From: Squalus acanthias
Lineage: Eukaryota
Reading direction: 5' to 3'
DNA: 64,000 nt
Assembly: GCA_030390025.1 (NCBI GenBank)
Contig: CM059437.1
Span: 18,912,001-18,976,000 of the forward strand
Part shown: positions 12,851 through 26,768 of the stretch, in pieces
Position numbering within the stretch: position 1 is the stretch's first letter
How the letters are laid out: the number at the start of each line of letters is the position of its first letter
Notes under the pieces: model-generated
What the model was told of the DNA's origin: nothing
The model's database searches: none
What the model saw: only the letters and a program-made list of their open reading frames with translations
Position numbers and translations under genes: made by a program

Positions 12851-15390
12851 ATGGTTCACCTATGAATATTTGCCATTTGGCAAGGTACAGAAGGACAACC
12901 AGCACCAGTGAAACTATTGCTGTCTGTGAAGGGGTAAGTGCCTTCAAGAGTAGGAGAGCGAAGAAAATCGGTGATAAAGAAAAACCTAAAAGTTTTTTTA
13001 AAAAACAGAATCTTCAGCTCCGCCCATCCATAATCTAATAAACTCGAATTCCACACTTTGCTGCCTGTTTCAGAGCTCTTATCACATTAAATGGTTCATG
13101 TCAGTAGAATGTAAATAATGATGAAATGTGGGGATAAAAGCACTAAAGTTTGACCTTTGTTCTACAGACTTATCAGACACCAAGTCAGGAGTCTGTGTCT
13201 GGTGCTTCTCAATATCAAGGCAATTGTTATGTTAGACACTTCCTCCAAGTGGGCGGTAACTTAAAGAATTTTCAACCTACTAAAGGCAATAATCACAGTA
13301 TCTGGAGCCTCAGGTCACAACAGGAGGTAAAGATAACTTTGAGATATATGCTGCCAGCATCTTTGAGACTGCTTTTCAATGACGACTGAATGACAGTGAG
13401 CAAGAAAGTACTGTATCCTCATCCTTAAATATCTGTGGTGCCCACGCCACATGTTTGGGTCAAGTGTGTTGATTCCTACTTTGCACTGTTTTAATTTTAT
13501 AAGTTACACCATGCTTAGAAATGACTTTGTAAAAGTTGAGAAAGGATTCACCTAAGAGACAATTAGTTAGGAAACTTTTTTTTGTGAAACAGTAATTTCA
13601 AATAGTAAACAACTTATTCAGAAATTCCTATTTATAACAATCATTAAAGTAAAATGAACCTTCTCAATCCATAGTCATTAACTGGATCCTTTAGAACTGA
13701 AAGGGCCATACTTTTTGAAATGAATATTATTTAATAATTTACTTCAATTGTTTTAAATTACAGGCAAAGGAAAATCTAGGATTTTTCTTTATCTTACTCC
13801 TCATTCAATATTCAACAAAATAATTTCAGAAAAATTACCCTTGATGCTTTTTTTCTTCCTTCTTAGCTTAGCACTTCCCCACAGCAACCCATTTGAGATA
13901 GGGAACTAACCTTGTGGGGAACTATGGGCATAACTTCGTGTTGGAGCTCCAGTACACTGCGGTACTGGGCCAACCTACTAACTTAGTTTTGAGGTTTCAG
14001 CTTTTTGGTTTCAACCTATAAATGCCTGGTTCATCTCTTTCGCTCATACTGCCAGCACTGCTAATTCTCCAGCCCAAAACGTCACCAGATACGAATCTGC
14101 AAGCAGTAGGAATCTTTGAAATCTGCACAATGAGCCTCAGCCTGCAAAGTTTTTTTTTAAAAAGCCCGCCTGCTCCAGCAGATTACAAAGAGAAAGACAT
14201 TCCCTCATGCTGCAGGTACCAGCTGCTGTGTGTCAACAAAGAAACCACTGTGCAGTCATTCCTCCAGCTAGAGCTCTGATATTCAACAATTGTCTTGTGC
14301 AGTTTCGAACAGTTCACCTGACTGGTTCAGTGGAGAGTTTTTAGTACCTTTGGACTATTATTAGCTGTCAGAGAGAGAGAGTTATCAGTTGCAGGCCACA
14401 CTTAGAAGGGACCTTGCAAAATGAGGTTGCACTCCGAATGTAGCTAGTTCTGCTCAGCCATTTTATTCATTTTAAGTGACTTATTACAAGTATTGCAAAT
14501 TTGAATTTAGAAAATATTCGAAACAGTGTCTTTTGAAACAAGGCAATTGGTTGTGGTCGTAATAAGGCATTTTATCCATTAAAGGAAATTAAAACAGCCC
14601 AACATAATGGTCAAATTCTAGTTATTTAGTGGCAGGACGAAATATACCTTGAAGGAAAGTAATTCTGTTTCTTCATGATAGTGCCCTGGGCTCAGTGCTT
14701 CAACATTGTGAACGGGCAGTGATCAGGAGATTAATTCGTTCGCAGCATCTAATATGCCACCATTATTGAGAGCTCGCTGGCACAGCAGCACAGATTATAG
14801 CAAAGTGGTACTGCATTTGTTTTTAAATATTCATTCTGAGCACACAATTCCATTTTAATGATCCCTATTTAAGTCTCCAGATATCTGTTTTCATCTAAAA
14901 TAGACTCAAGTGATGTTTCCAGTTCATTGAGAGAGCTATAATGTTATGTCTATGATTACCATTTATACATTAGTCCCATAGGTTTCTATCCTTACGATAT
15001 AAATCTGACAACACCCTCAACAAAATTCAACAGGAAACAGAAAGAGACGCGTGCAATCTAGTTTGTGAAGAAACATTTACATAGGGTGCGCTTGCACTAT
15101 ATCTACAGCATTGGTGCAAAGTGATTTTGACTTAAGGATTTTCAGCTTCTGTGCTCACCAGCACACATTAATTACCCCATCAAAGTGAATCGGCAGAAAG
15201 TCACAGGCTGGCAAGAGCGGAGGTAGAAAATCCCAGTCAAGTTGTGTAAATTATGTTTTCAAGCTCAAACTGACTCTGCTTCACCCTGGTGCCAGATTGT
15301 GCCACCCTGACTCTGGACTCAGGCTGTATTTGCCCTATAATTGCAGCACTGGGGCAAAACAAAACCACTTCACATCAACGCTATTGATAT

Positions 15391-16283
15391 GGGCCTAGAG
15401 TTTCCATTAGTTTGTGCTGGTTTTACCAGCACAATTCGTCTGAAATCGGCCAAACCAGCGTAAACCGCCGAGAAGTTTTAAGCGCAGAGCGTAACTCGAG
15501 GTTCCGCGATCTTTAGCGCTGGTTTAAAAAATATCGCGGCCCACAAAACGGGCGACGCCCCCGATCGAAATAATGAGCATGGCGAGTTTCCGCTGATTGC
15601 GACCGTTTGCGACCGTTCGAGAAGGCTCTTTAAGTTAAGTTTTTCTTGGCACTAATAGACACTTTTTAAATGTTTTTAAATATTAAAAAATATTGAATTT
15701 ACTAAGAAACTGACTAGTGTACAACAATGAATAGTATATTCAAGACAGAGATCGATAGATTTTTGGATATTAAGGGAATCAAGGGATATGGGGATAGAGC
15801 AGGAATGTGGAGTTGAGGCAGAAGATCAGCCATGATCTTATTGAATGGCGGAGCAGGCTCGAAGGGCCAAATAACCTACGCCTGCTCCTAATTCTTATGT
15901 TCTTATGTTCAATTTAGTTTTCTAAAATCATTTTCAGTGATTTAAAATCAGGTTACTCACAGGTGGTGGACTAGGCACTCATATTAAAAATGTTTATTTT
16001 TTTGTGATAAACCCATTTTCAGCTGTATTAATAAAACTGCACCAGGTTACCACTCTTAAATATATCAATGTATATTTTGTAAAGCAAGGGGAAAAAAAGT
16101 AAACAATTACATTCTATTACGCGGCCCAATTGCGCTGATTCATGGAAGATTTTATGTTTGTGATTATGCAAATGAGTTTGGGCGGAAACCTGAACGAAAA
16201 CTTCACCTCAGAAAACCAGCGCAATTCCAGGCGCAACTTGCACCCAGATTGCCGATTGTGCCCAAAGCGGAAACTCTACTCCC
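15391..16283. mobile_element. Harbinger-type MITE containing a nested CR1 3' end (about 15733-15910)
   Basis: 15-bp TIRs GGGCCTAGAGTTTCC / GGAAACTCTACTCCC; the internal CR1 tail ends in TTCTTATG repeats; TSD not resolved. Confidence 0.65.
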
Positions 16284-16697
16284 ATAGCATAAATGCGCCC
16301 TTAGAATAATGGCAAATAAAATACAGTGTGATAGTACTCAATAATAAACCATGTGCAAGGGGCAATTCCAAACTCTGCTTTAAGAACAATGTGTTCAGTA
16401 AGATCCAAATGTTGCATTTTTTTTTTAAAAACACACCGATGATGTGGATTTCTTCACTGAGTCAACTTTATCAGTTGCAAGATTATTAAATCCCTTGGAA
16501 ATCTACTGAATGTACATTCACAGCATGGATCAGGGAGCAACATGTGAGAATGCTGACTGTAGCAAATGCTCCAACACAGAGTATTTAAGCTGCCGTTCAG
16601 TCACGATGAACGAACTCCACTTAGAATGTAAATTACTTTAGTAACTTGTTTTGAAGAGCAGGAAATTGATAATGGGCGCACTCAAAAAAAGTATCAA

Positions 16698-17172
16698 CAC
16701 GGTGGCATAGTGGTTAGCACTGGTGCCTCACAGTGCCAGGGACCCGGGTTCGAATCTGACCTCGGGTGACTGTCTGTGTGGAGTTTGCACATTCTCCCCG
16801 TGTCTGCGTGGGTTTCCTCCGGGTGCTCCGGTTTCCTCCCACAGTCCAAAAATGTGCGGGTTAGGTTGATTTGGCTATGATAAATTGACCCTTAGTGTTA
16901 GGGGGGGATTAAATATGTGGGGTTATGGGGATAGGATGGGATATGTTAGGGGGAATTAAATACGTGGGGTTACGGGGGTAGGGTGGGATATGTGTACTGT
17001 GGGGAATTAAATACGTGGGGTTACGGGGGTAGGGTGGGAAATGTGTACTGTGGGGATTAAAGCAGGGACAGGGTACTGGATTTGGATGATCAGCCATGAT
17101 CGTATTGAATGGTGGAGCAGGCTCGATGGGCCGAATGGCCTACTCCTGCTCCTAGATTCTATGTTTCTATGT
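16698..17172 (+). mobile_element. HE1-like V-SINE with a CR1-derived 3' tail
   Basis: tRNA-like head (TGGCATAGTGG A box, GGTTCGAATC B box); V-domain TGTGTGGAGTTTGCACATTCTCCCCGTGTCTGCGTGGGTTTCCTCCGGGTGCTCCGGTTTCCTCCCACAGTCCAAA; tail matches local CR1 3' ends. Confidence 0.85.
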
Positions 17173-17759
17173 TTTTCCTTGTCTGTTATGGTTATGGAAA
17201 CGAGAAAAGCAAACTCGTCCAAGGTCTCAGTGATTAAATACAGTACTTGTATTCTACTGAGCGAAATAGGGCAGAAAATCCTCGGTTTGATCTGTATTTT
17301 GTGCTGTGTTGGCTGAACTTAGTCTGGTCACCAGTAGGTCGTAGCTACAATTAACCCATTTTCCCCAGGCTAAGGAGGGGTGGGGGGTGGAGGTGGGGGG
17401 AGAATTAGCTACAGTTCCCATTCCCTATTGCTATCCAGCGGACGAAATGCACATATGCACAACTGTCAGGCGAGGACAGGTTTGGGCTAATTGTAATGAT
17501 GAATCGTCTGCCAACACTCATCATTTGTGCTCCATGAAGAGCAATGATTCGGATTATATACTGGAGAATTTGTGGGACCATGAGACAGAACCTTTGGGAC
17601 TAAGAGGACAAATTTAGAGGTGGAAGGTACCGGCAAAAACAAAAAAATTAGTGAGCATTAATTTCCGAATCGTATGTGCTTGGTGCAGTCTGTGCTTTTT
17701 GGATGCCTTGTCCAAACTGCTTGCTGTAAAGCCCTGGGGGGTTTAACAGTAAAGAAGGA

Positions 17760-17912
17760 CTTTAGGGGAATCAAGGGATATGGGGAATCAGGCGGGAAAA
17801 TGGAGTTGAGGTTGAAGATCAGCCATGATCTTATTGATGGGTGGAGTAGGCTCGAGTGGCTGTATGGCCTACTCCTGCTTCTAATTCTTATGTTCCTATG
17901 GTTTTATGTTCT
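17760..17912 (+). mobile_element. CR1 3'-end fragment
   Basis: GGAATCAAGGGATATGGGG..GATCAGCCATGATCTTATTG..TTCTTATGTTCCTATG. Confidence 0.75.
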
Positions 17913-18676
17913 AGGAAGATGTTGGTTTCAAAAAGATTGGTTGGATTTAGTGCTAAACCTCAACCGGTGGACAAACTTCATTGCTGTCTTCCTCATTAAC
18001 TGATTACAATCCTTAAAGAGCATTCGAGCTGTCGAGGTCTGCACAAAGTACAGAATGAGATAAAAGGTGTTGGATCCATCAATCCCATTCTCACCACTTA
18101 ACCATGTACAACTTCCACAATCATAGATTCCACCCAACCCATTCAGTCTCCCAAGTGAGGAGACAACACAGGTAAAACCACCCAGAAGATGACATTTTTC
18201 TCTGAACCTGACCTGAAAGCATTGCTGAAAACTCAAGGATAACGACTCAATTCTACAAATTACATTTTTTGTTTCTTACCATGTGTATTACATGAGTGAC
18301 ACAGTCACATCAAGCATATAGAGCCATTATGCTTATACAATGTTCCAGCATCTACATCTGTCCTTAGCCTTACCTCCACCTTTGATGCCCTTGTCCCCAC
18401 TAAAACCATTACTCTCTCTCACCCTGGTCTTTCCCCCGGTACGGCCACCATCTTCACTCCCATAAGTCCAAGGGACGCAGATTTTAAAATTTATTACAGA
18501 TAACTGGTTTAGCCATTCATCGCCAGATCTGGCTGGACCGCACAAAGCACGATTGGGTCCTGCTCTCCTCTGCCAAAACTGCTCACTATTCCAGGATTAT
18601 CCTGGAATGCAAAGATAATGCCCGGCTTCTCTTCTCCACTGCAAACCACCTTCTCAAACCACTCTCCCCTGCCTCC

Positions 18677-19198
18677 AGGGAGTGGGGCAGTGAATTAAAA
18701 TGACAGGTGACCAGAAGCTCAGGGTCTTGCTTGCAGACTGAATGGAGGTGTTCCGCAAAGCAATCGTCCAATCTATGTTTTCCCAATGTAGAGGAGACCG
18801 CATCATGAGCAGTGAATACAGTGATACTAAATTGAAAGAAGTACAAGTAAATCGCTGTTTCACCTGGAAGGAGTGAAGGACAGCAGCTGTTGGTAATGAT
18901 TCTGCTATTCCGATTTACACCTCCTCTAGACCCAACTTTTGTTTCTCTACTTGTCCCATTACCATCCCCTTTTGCCTTGCACCATCATCCCTTTTGTCAT
19001 TTAATCTCTCCTGCCTTCCACCCTAGCACAGACCTTCCCTTTTGTTCCTTCCTCCCCTTCCCCCTTTCTCTGCCTCTGTACTTGCTTAAGACCTGAAACG
19101 TTAACCTTGTTCCTCTCTCCACAGATGCTGCCTGACCTGCTGAGTATTTCCAACATTTTCTGTTTTTATTTCAGTTTTCCAGCATCTGCAGTATTTTT
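18677..19198. mobile_element. Penelope-like element remnant (GIY-YIG fragment on -, terminal repeat on +)
   Basis: Minus-strand peptides FTCTSFNLV.. and HRLDDCFAEHLHSV..CHFNSLPHS; followed on + by the ACCTGAAACGTTAAC..ACAGATGCTGCCTGACCTGCTGAG repeat. Confidence 0.7.
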
Positions 19199-22100
19199 CA
19201 TTTTAGCCTAATATCTATAACAGGTAAAATAATTCTAAGATGTTGCCTGGAGGAGCACCTGCACATCAATAACTTTGCAAGAAACAAGAAGATCTGCCTG
19301 GGAAACCTCCCCGAAGACCTTGAGGATACTACAGATAAAGTGGATAGCAGCACTTCCCATGATATAATATATATTAGACTTTCAGATAACTTTTGGCCAA
19401 GTTCCACATGAAATGCTTCCAATTAAAGTAACAGTCACAGGAATCCAGGGTAGAACGTGGCACCAGCTAAGAAGCTGATTGAAAAGTAGGAAACAGAGAG
19501 TACTTGTGTGAGAGGTGTAATGTCAGCCTGGGAGGGGGGCGGGGGGTGGGGTGGGGTGGGGTGCTGGAGGGGGGGGGAGGTCATTGAGTGAGTCCTACCA
19601 GGGTAAATGCTTAAGTCCCATTTTCTAAACTCCATAAATCACCTGGATACCAAAACTAATGCTGCAACAACAGCAACATCAAATTGTATTTATATAGCAC
19701 CTTTAACTTAGTAAAACATCCCAAGGCGCTTCACAGGAGTGTCATAAAACAACATTTGACACCGAGCCACATAAGGAGATATTAGGGCAGATGAGCAAAA
19801 GCTTGGTCAAAGAGGTAGGTTTAATGCGCTGACATCACTAAGATAATGAGTAGTAGATGCAGCTAAAGAATTGTAAAAGAATTAATTTACAGTTATGCAA
19901 CTGGGTAGACAATTTGCAAATTAAATTTAACGTTGATTAATATAAATTGCTGTATAATAGATCAAAAATGCAGGTCATAAGCATTCAATTAATGGAATGG
20001 AATTGAATTAGCACAAGGGAAGTGGGAATCGTTTTTACAACTTGTACAGACTGTCTTAATGCACCAATAATAACAACTTGCATTTATATAGCGCCTTTTA
20101 ACGTAGAAAAACAAGGCGCAATCAAACAAAAATGAATGCTGAGCCAGATAAGGAGCTATTAGGAGGGGTGACCAAAAACTTCATCAAAGAGGTGGGTTTT
20201 AAGGAGAGTCTTAAAGGAGGAATGGGATGTAAAGAGGCGGATTAGAGTGAGAACACTAATATAATACTTCCTCTAAAATGTTATTAACATTATTATTTGT
20301 CTTACTGAAAGTTCTAAAATTGATAGCACTCAACTTTAATTGATAGGGGTCTAAGTGTTCTTGGGTGGTAGCTCCAATCAGACGATAGCGAATCGACAGC
20401 CCATTTTGCACTCTGTCCAATTTCCGAAAATCAGACGGAGTGCAAAACGTGCTGCCAATTCGCTTTCGCCCGGTTAGCGCTACCGCCCAAGGCAAATTTA
20501 TACCCCACAGTTTTCAGTGCACTACTGTACAAGTGCTCCTCTCCTCTTTGATGTTTGTTTTAAGCCATTTTAATCGCGCAAAAAAAGACTTTGCTGGTTG
20601 CAAGAGCTTTGTGTTTTAAAGCTGCTTAAATATTTATTGGCACATTTTCTCTCCGCCTCCCAGACACTGATATCTCTGAAGAAAACGTTATTGAATTCGT
20701 TACATGCTAGAGAAGATCTGTTATGTACCACAATGCAAAACCAATTACTTATTTTTGGGATGACGACATTTAGGGGATTGTGTATTTTCTTTTATTGGCT
20801 AGCCTCTGTTTATATTTTATGGAGCTGTGCATACACTGATTTCTTCTCATGCATAGAGAATATGAGATTTCAACTTTGATGTACCTTTTATTTTCTAATG
20901 TAAATGAACCAAAGGATAAATAAAAGTGATGTGGCGTAGGCACAGGAAGGAAACACTTGGTCTGAACTGATCGGAATGGATTGGTTTCGAAGAGCCAACA
21001 AAAAGGATTGGAAGGACTGAGACCTTTTTGGATTTCTTTTCTCACTCATTCGTACGATGTCGAGAGAAAACTCTGCCATTACATGTTGTGAAAAAAAGCC
21101 TGCACCCCTTATATTAATTGGCAATCTTTGAGTACTGCTAATGTCAACTTTCCAGACATAGTCCTCAAGCGCACTGTGCTGCAATCTAGTGAATTCTGGC
21201 TTTTTTAGAAGTAACTTAGTATGTGACTGCTTTCGCCAGAACAGACACGGGTCAGTGGGACTGGAGGGAATCCAGAATGGCTTGGGGAGGGGGAGGGGCG
21301 TGGTGTTTTGCTCCGAGATGTTTTGCATGTGAGTCAGGAGAGTACAAACTCTTGAGGTTACATTTTCCCTATTGTGATGCTATTGAACTCTTAACACAAC
21401 ACACGTAGTACTAGATGCAATCCAATAACACTATTATTGCTATTGTTATTCTAGTTTTACTTGTGTCTGGGAAAGTCCTTTAGCGTTCCACTAGCACCCT
21501 ATTGAAAGGTCTAGTAAGCATATGCCACTGATATGGATGAAAACAATGAACTAATTGAAAATAATAACTATCCTTTTGTTTGACATTGTTCAAACGTAGT
21601 TGCAACGGAGATCTTTCCTTTGTTTACTGTAGCTGCTGTATTGAATCTTCCACTGCAGATTCAAGCCTGAAGCACCATCTACAGATCAAATGCTGGTACT
21701 GCCTGGTCGGTGCTGAGGCTTCTGAGAGGAATTGTTAATTTTGGAATCTATCAATTAGTTAGATAGGAAATGGAGCAGAATGTGTTACAGATATGTGCCA
21801 ACACTACCAAAGTATCTTCTAAATGGCCATCGTTCTTGTGTCAGCCTTGAGTGTTGACAGTTTATTCGACCACAGGGCCATCACAGCCAACCTTGATTGC
21901 GTTCTCACCTGACACCCATTTCTAGGAAGGAAAGGGACCAGGAGTGGGAATCCTGCCTGATTTTGCCATCTCTCCCCCAATGGGTTTGCAGCTAAATTTA
22001 GCACCCACACTGTGGTCATGGCTGAGAATAGCTAACTCAGCACTGACCAGAGACTTTCTTTGTCTCTGTGGCTCAGTCACACACCCTTTTTGATTTCCTT

Positions 22101-22406
22101 CACCCCATCATTGGCAACCGTGCCTTCAGCTGTCTAGGCCCCAAGCTCTGGAATTCTCTCCCATAACCGCTCCACCTCTCTCCTCCTTTAAGACGTTCCT
22201 TAAAACCTACCTCTTTGACCAAGTTTTTGGTTACCTGTCCTAATATCTCCTTATGTGGCTCTCAAATCATTTTCATCACAGTCATTACATGCACAAAAGA
22301 ACTTGTATGTATATAGTGCCTTTCATGTCCTCAGGACATCCCAGAGCATTTCACAGCCAATGAAGTATTTTTACTGAAAAGTGTAGTCACTGTTGTTAGG
22401 TAGGCA

Positions 22407-22831
22407 GTGGCTCAGTGGGTAGCACTCTCGCCTCTGAGTCAGAAGGTTCTGGATGCAAGTCCTACTCCAGAGGCTTGAGCACAAAAATCTAGGCTGACAC
22501 TCCAGTGCAGTACTGAGGGAGTGCTGCACTGTCGGAGGTGCCGTCTTTCAGATGAGATGCTCTCTCAGATCCCATGACACTATTTTGAAGAAGTGCAGGG
22601 GAGTTGTCCCTGGTGTCCTGGCCAACATCCCTCAATCAACATCACTAAAAACAGATTATCTGGTCATTATCACATTGCTGTTTGTGGGAGCTTGCTGTGT
22701 GCAAATTGGCTGCCGCATTTCCTACATTACAACAGTGACTCCACTTCAAAAGTTCTCCATTGGCTGTAAAACGCTTTGGGATATACTGAGGTCATGAAAG
22801 GCGCCATAGAAATGCAAGTCTTTCTTTCTTT
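22407..22831 (+). mobile_element. SacSINE1-like DeuSINE, nested in an older inverted copy (about 22295-22405 and 22832-23245)
   Basis: tRNA-like head GTGGCTCAGTGGGTAGCAC; CAGTACTGAGGGAGTGCTGCACTGTCGGAGG core; tail GCAAGTCTTTCTTTC. Confidence 0.75.
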
Positions 22832-24021
22832 AGGCCAACGCAGCAAGCAGTTTATACAGAGAACAGCCCCACAAACAGCAATGAGAATAGATGACCAAAT
22901 ATTCTGTTTTAGTGGTGTTGATTGAAGGAGAAATATTGGCCAGGAGAACTCCCTGCTCAACTTTAAATAGTGCCTTGGAATCATTTACATCCAGCTGAGG
23001 AGCACCCAGGAATTAGCTTGGGCAGTCTTCCGGTCGGCCGCCATAACTGCAGTGCAAGATCGGCAGAAACCCTGTTTACACGTTTCCCAAGGAAATTCCC
23101 AGCGAGCACCTCTGAGAGCACAGCTCTCCGTCTGTACTGCACTGAAGCCTCGGCCCAGACATCGTGCTCAAATACCCTGGAGGTGGACTTGAACTCACAA
23201 CCTTCTAACTTAGATATGAGAGTGCTCGCACTGAGCCAAGGCTGTTAGAATGGCATTGTTGTACATGTATTTCAAAGCAGTTTGTGTCCCAGCTATTAAA
23301 GAAAAGTTTCTTAAATACTTTTGCACAAAAGAGCAATGGTCCTTTAAAAGCAAGCCTTTTAGATTCTCTGCAAATCCAGCAATACAAAGTTTATGACAGA
23401 TGCAAGAGTATTGTAATAAAAGAACGTAAACAGTAGACTGTGGATGGAAGAAGATATATTAAACTATCATCTAAAATATAAAATAAAGCATTGTGTTAGT
23501 TTAAGATATAAAATGCTAAGTATCTTATGATATTAATAATCACTAACTATATTAGTTGGTAATGAGTCATTTAATCCTAAAGTCTCTCAAATTTTTTCAA
23601 AGCTCTTGGCCAGAGGAGATTGAGACAAGATAAATGAATCACAGCAAGAAGCTGGTAAATGTGATGAAGATTTTTCCATTACTAGCCAGCTTCCAGGTCA
23701 CAAGGTAGAATTCTCTCTGCTTGCAGAAAAAATGCAAGATTTTGTCACGGTGCGTGAAGTTGAACTTGTGTATCCAATGGTTCTAGGGTGCGGGAAATAT
23801 ACAAATCCATTTGTGTTGGCTTTGCTGCTTTATAACTCCTATATTCATCACTGCAGCAGTAATCTGGTTCGAGCAATTAAATGCACATGAGATTGATTGG
23901 AAACTGCAGGGGCTAAATTTCCACAGGATTCTCCTGCTTCGCCACCATACCTTGAGTGGACAAGCCGCAGATACCCCGGAAAAACACCATAACCACATTT
24001 ATGCAGTTTTTTCTAGGGTTT

Positions 24022-24380
24022 CAACAACAACAACTTGTATTTATATAACGCCTTTAAAGTAGTAAAACGTCCCAAGGCGCTGCACAGGAGTATTGTAAGA
24101 CAAAAAATTTGACACCGAGACACATAAGGAGAAATTAGGGCAGGTGACCAAAAGCTTGGTCAAAGAGGTAGGTTTTAAGGAGCGTCTTAAAGGAGGAAAG
24201 AGAGGTAGTGAGAAAGAGAGGTTTAGGCAGGGAATTCCAGAGCTTAGGGCCCAGGCAACAGAAGGCACGGCCACCAAAGGTTGAGCGATTATAATCAGGG
24301 ATGCTAAAGAGGGCAGAATTAGAGGAGCGCAGATATCTCGGGAGGTTGTGGGGCTGAAGGAAATTACAGAGATAGGAAGG
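24022..24380 (-). mobile_element. L2 LINE 3' end
   Basis: Translation YLRSSNS..GGRAFCCLGPKLWNSLPKPL..SFKTLLKTYLF; (TTG)n tail; similar copies at about 19665-19825, 20070-20240 and 22100-22260. Confidence 0.85.
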
Positions 24381-24548
24381 ATAACAGTGGATGAGCAGGA
24401 GAATCCCATGGAAATTCCCGCTCCCCCCCCCCACCCCCACAATGTTTAACATAGAACCATAGAAATTTAAAGGACAGAAGGAGGCCATTTGGCCCATTGT
24501 GTCTGTGCCAGCTCTTTGTTACAGCAATCCAAACACTTATCCCATCGC

Positions 24549-24983
24549 CAATGTTCCCTGTAATTTTTTTCGGTGCGCGGGCCCTTTAACTTAAGCATGG
24601 GAATACCACCACCGCCAAGTTCCCCTCCAAGTCACACAACATCCTGACTTAGAAGTATGTCGCCGATCCTTCATCGTTGCTGGGTCAAAATCTTGGAACT
24701 CCCTACCTAACAGCACTGTGGGAGTACCTTCAACGCACGGACCGCAGCGGTTCAAGAAGGCGGCTCACCATTACCTTCTCAAGGGCAATTAGGGATGGGC
24801 AATAAATGCTGGCCTTGCCAGCGACACCCACATCCCACAAAAAAAAATGAATTATAAAAAAAATGGCTGCGCGGCCCATTCAATTTTTCGTGAATACTCG
24901 GTTATTTCCATTGTAAAATCGGAGAGTGGCCTGCACGGGACCTCCAGACCGCTGCACAGTCGCACAGCTTTGTGGGAACATTG
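24549..24983. mobile_element. hAT-type MITE with a nested LINE 3' end (about 24596-24850)
   Basis: TIRs CAATGTTCCC / GGGAACATTG; 8-bp flanks CCCATCGC / CACACCGC (6 of 8 match); the MITE interrupts a CR1 3' UTR. Confidence 0.6.
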
Positions 24984-25284
24984 CACACCGCCCTGCTCTC
25001 TCTCTCCCCAAAGCCTTATATCTTCCTCTGCTTCAAATGTTTATTTTCTCTTTCCTTAAAAGGTGGAATAGTTTCCTGCCTCAACTGAAGTAAAACATTC
25101 AATGCTTTACTACAATTACAAAATGGCCACTGAACAACTTCTTTGATTGCTATTTTGATTATGAAGGACCAGAAAATAAAAGCTGGGTAACAATATTCAC
25201 TGGAAGGAATAGCTTCACCTTCCCCATGCTTTTGTTGGCCTTGTAGTTCTACTGAGGAAAACGGTTCCACTCCATTTGGGGTTT

Positions 25285-26768
25285 TTTTGTTTATGGGATG
25301 TGGGCATCACTGGCAAGGCCAGCATTTATTGCCCATCCTTAACTGCCCTTGAGAAGGTGGTGGTGAGCCGCCTTCTTGAACCGCTGCAGTCTGTGTGGTG
25401 AAGGTACTCCCACAGTGCTGTTAGGTAGTGAGTTCCAGGATTTTGACCCAGTGACGATGAAGGATCGGCGATATACTTCTAAGTCAAGATGGTGTGTGAC
25501 TTGGAGGGGAACTTGGAGGTGGTGGTATTCCCATGCGCCTGCTGCCCTTGTCCTTCTAGGTGGAAGAGGTCGCGGGTTTGGGAGGTGCTGCCGAAGAAGT
25601 CTTGGCGAGTTTCTGCAGTGCATCTTGTAGCTGGTACACACTGCAGCCACGGTACGCCGGTGGTGGAGGGAGTGAATGTTTAAGGTGGTGAATGGGATGC
25701 CAATCAAGCAGGCTGCTTTGTCCTGGATGGTGTCGAGCTTCTTGAGTGCTGTTGGAGCTGCACTCATCCAGGCAAGTGGAGAGTATTCCATTACACACCT
25801 TACTTGTGCCTTGTAGATGATGGAAAGGCTTTGGGGAGTCAGGAAACCTAGCCTCGGACCAGCTCTTGTTGCCACAGTATTTATGTGGCTGGTCCAATTA
25901 ACTTTCTGGTCAATGGTGACCCCCAGGATATTGATGGTGGGAGATTCGGCGATGGTAATGCCGTTGAATGTCAAGGGGTGGTGGTTATAATCTCGCTTGT
26001 TGGAGATAGTCATTGCCTGGCACTTCTGTGACACAAATGTTACCTGCCACTTATCAGCCCAAGCCTGAACGTCGTCCAGGTCTTGTTGCATGTGGGCATG
26101 GACTGCTTCATTATCTGAGGAGTTGTGAATGACACTGAACACTGTGCAGTCATCAGCGAACATCCCCATTTCTGACCTTATGTTGGAGGGAAGGTCATTG
26201 ATGAAGCAGCTGAAGGTGGTTGGGCCTAGGACACTGCCCCGAGGAACTCCTGCAGCGATGTCCTGGGGCTGTGATGATTGGCCTTCAACCATCTTCCTTT
26301 GTTCTAGGTATTATTCCAGCCAGTGGAAAGTTTTCCCCTGATTCCCATTGACTTCAGTTTTACTAGGGCTCCTTGATGCCACACTCGGTCAAAGGCTGCC
26401 TTGATGTCTAGGGCAGTCACTCTCACCTCACCTCTGGAATTCAGCTCCTTTGTCCATGTTTGGACCAAGACTGTAATGAGGTCGGAGCTGTGTGGTCTTG
26501 GCGGAACCCAAACTGGGCATCAGTGAGCAGGTTATTGGTGAGTAAGTGCCGCTCGATAGCACTGTCGATGACACCTTCCATCACTTTGCCAATGATTGAG
26601 AGTAGACTGATGGGGTTGGATTTGTGCTGCTTTTTGTGGACAGGACATACCTGTGCAGTTTTTCACATTGTCGGATAGATGCCAGTGTTGTAGCTGTACT
26701 GGACAGCTTAGCTAGAGGCGCGGCTAGTTCTGGAGCACAAGTCTTCAGCACGATAGCCGGAATGTTGT
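25285..26768 (-). mobile_element. CR1-group LINE of a second family (RT and 3' end)
   Basis: 317-aa ORF 25339-26292 with GVPRGSVLGP, FINDLP, MFADDC, WADKWQVTF; other pieces at 24596-24850, 49860-50257 and 55240-55578. Confidence 0.85.

Noticed and set aside
16698..16770. tRNA genes at SINE heads (also 22407 and 36677)
   Set aside because: These are tRNA-derived SINE promoters that run into SINE bodies and do not form complete cloverleaves.
20888..21328. 146-aa minus-strand ORF in unique sequence
   Set aside because: No recognisable domain or clear exon boundaries; the region looks non-coding or UTR-like.
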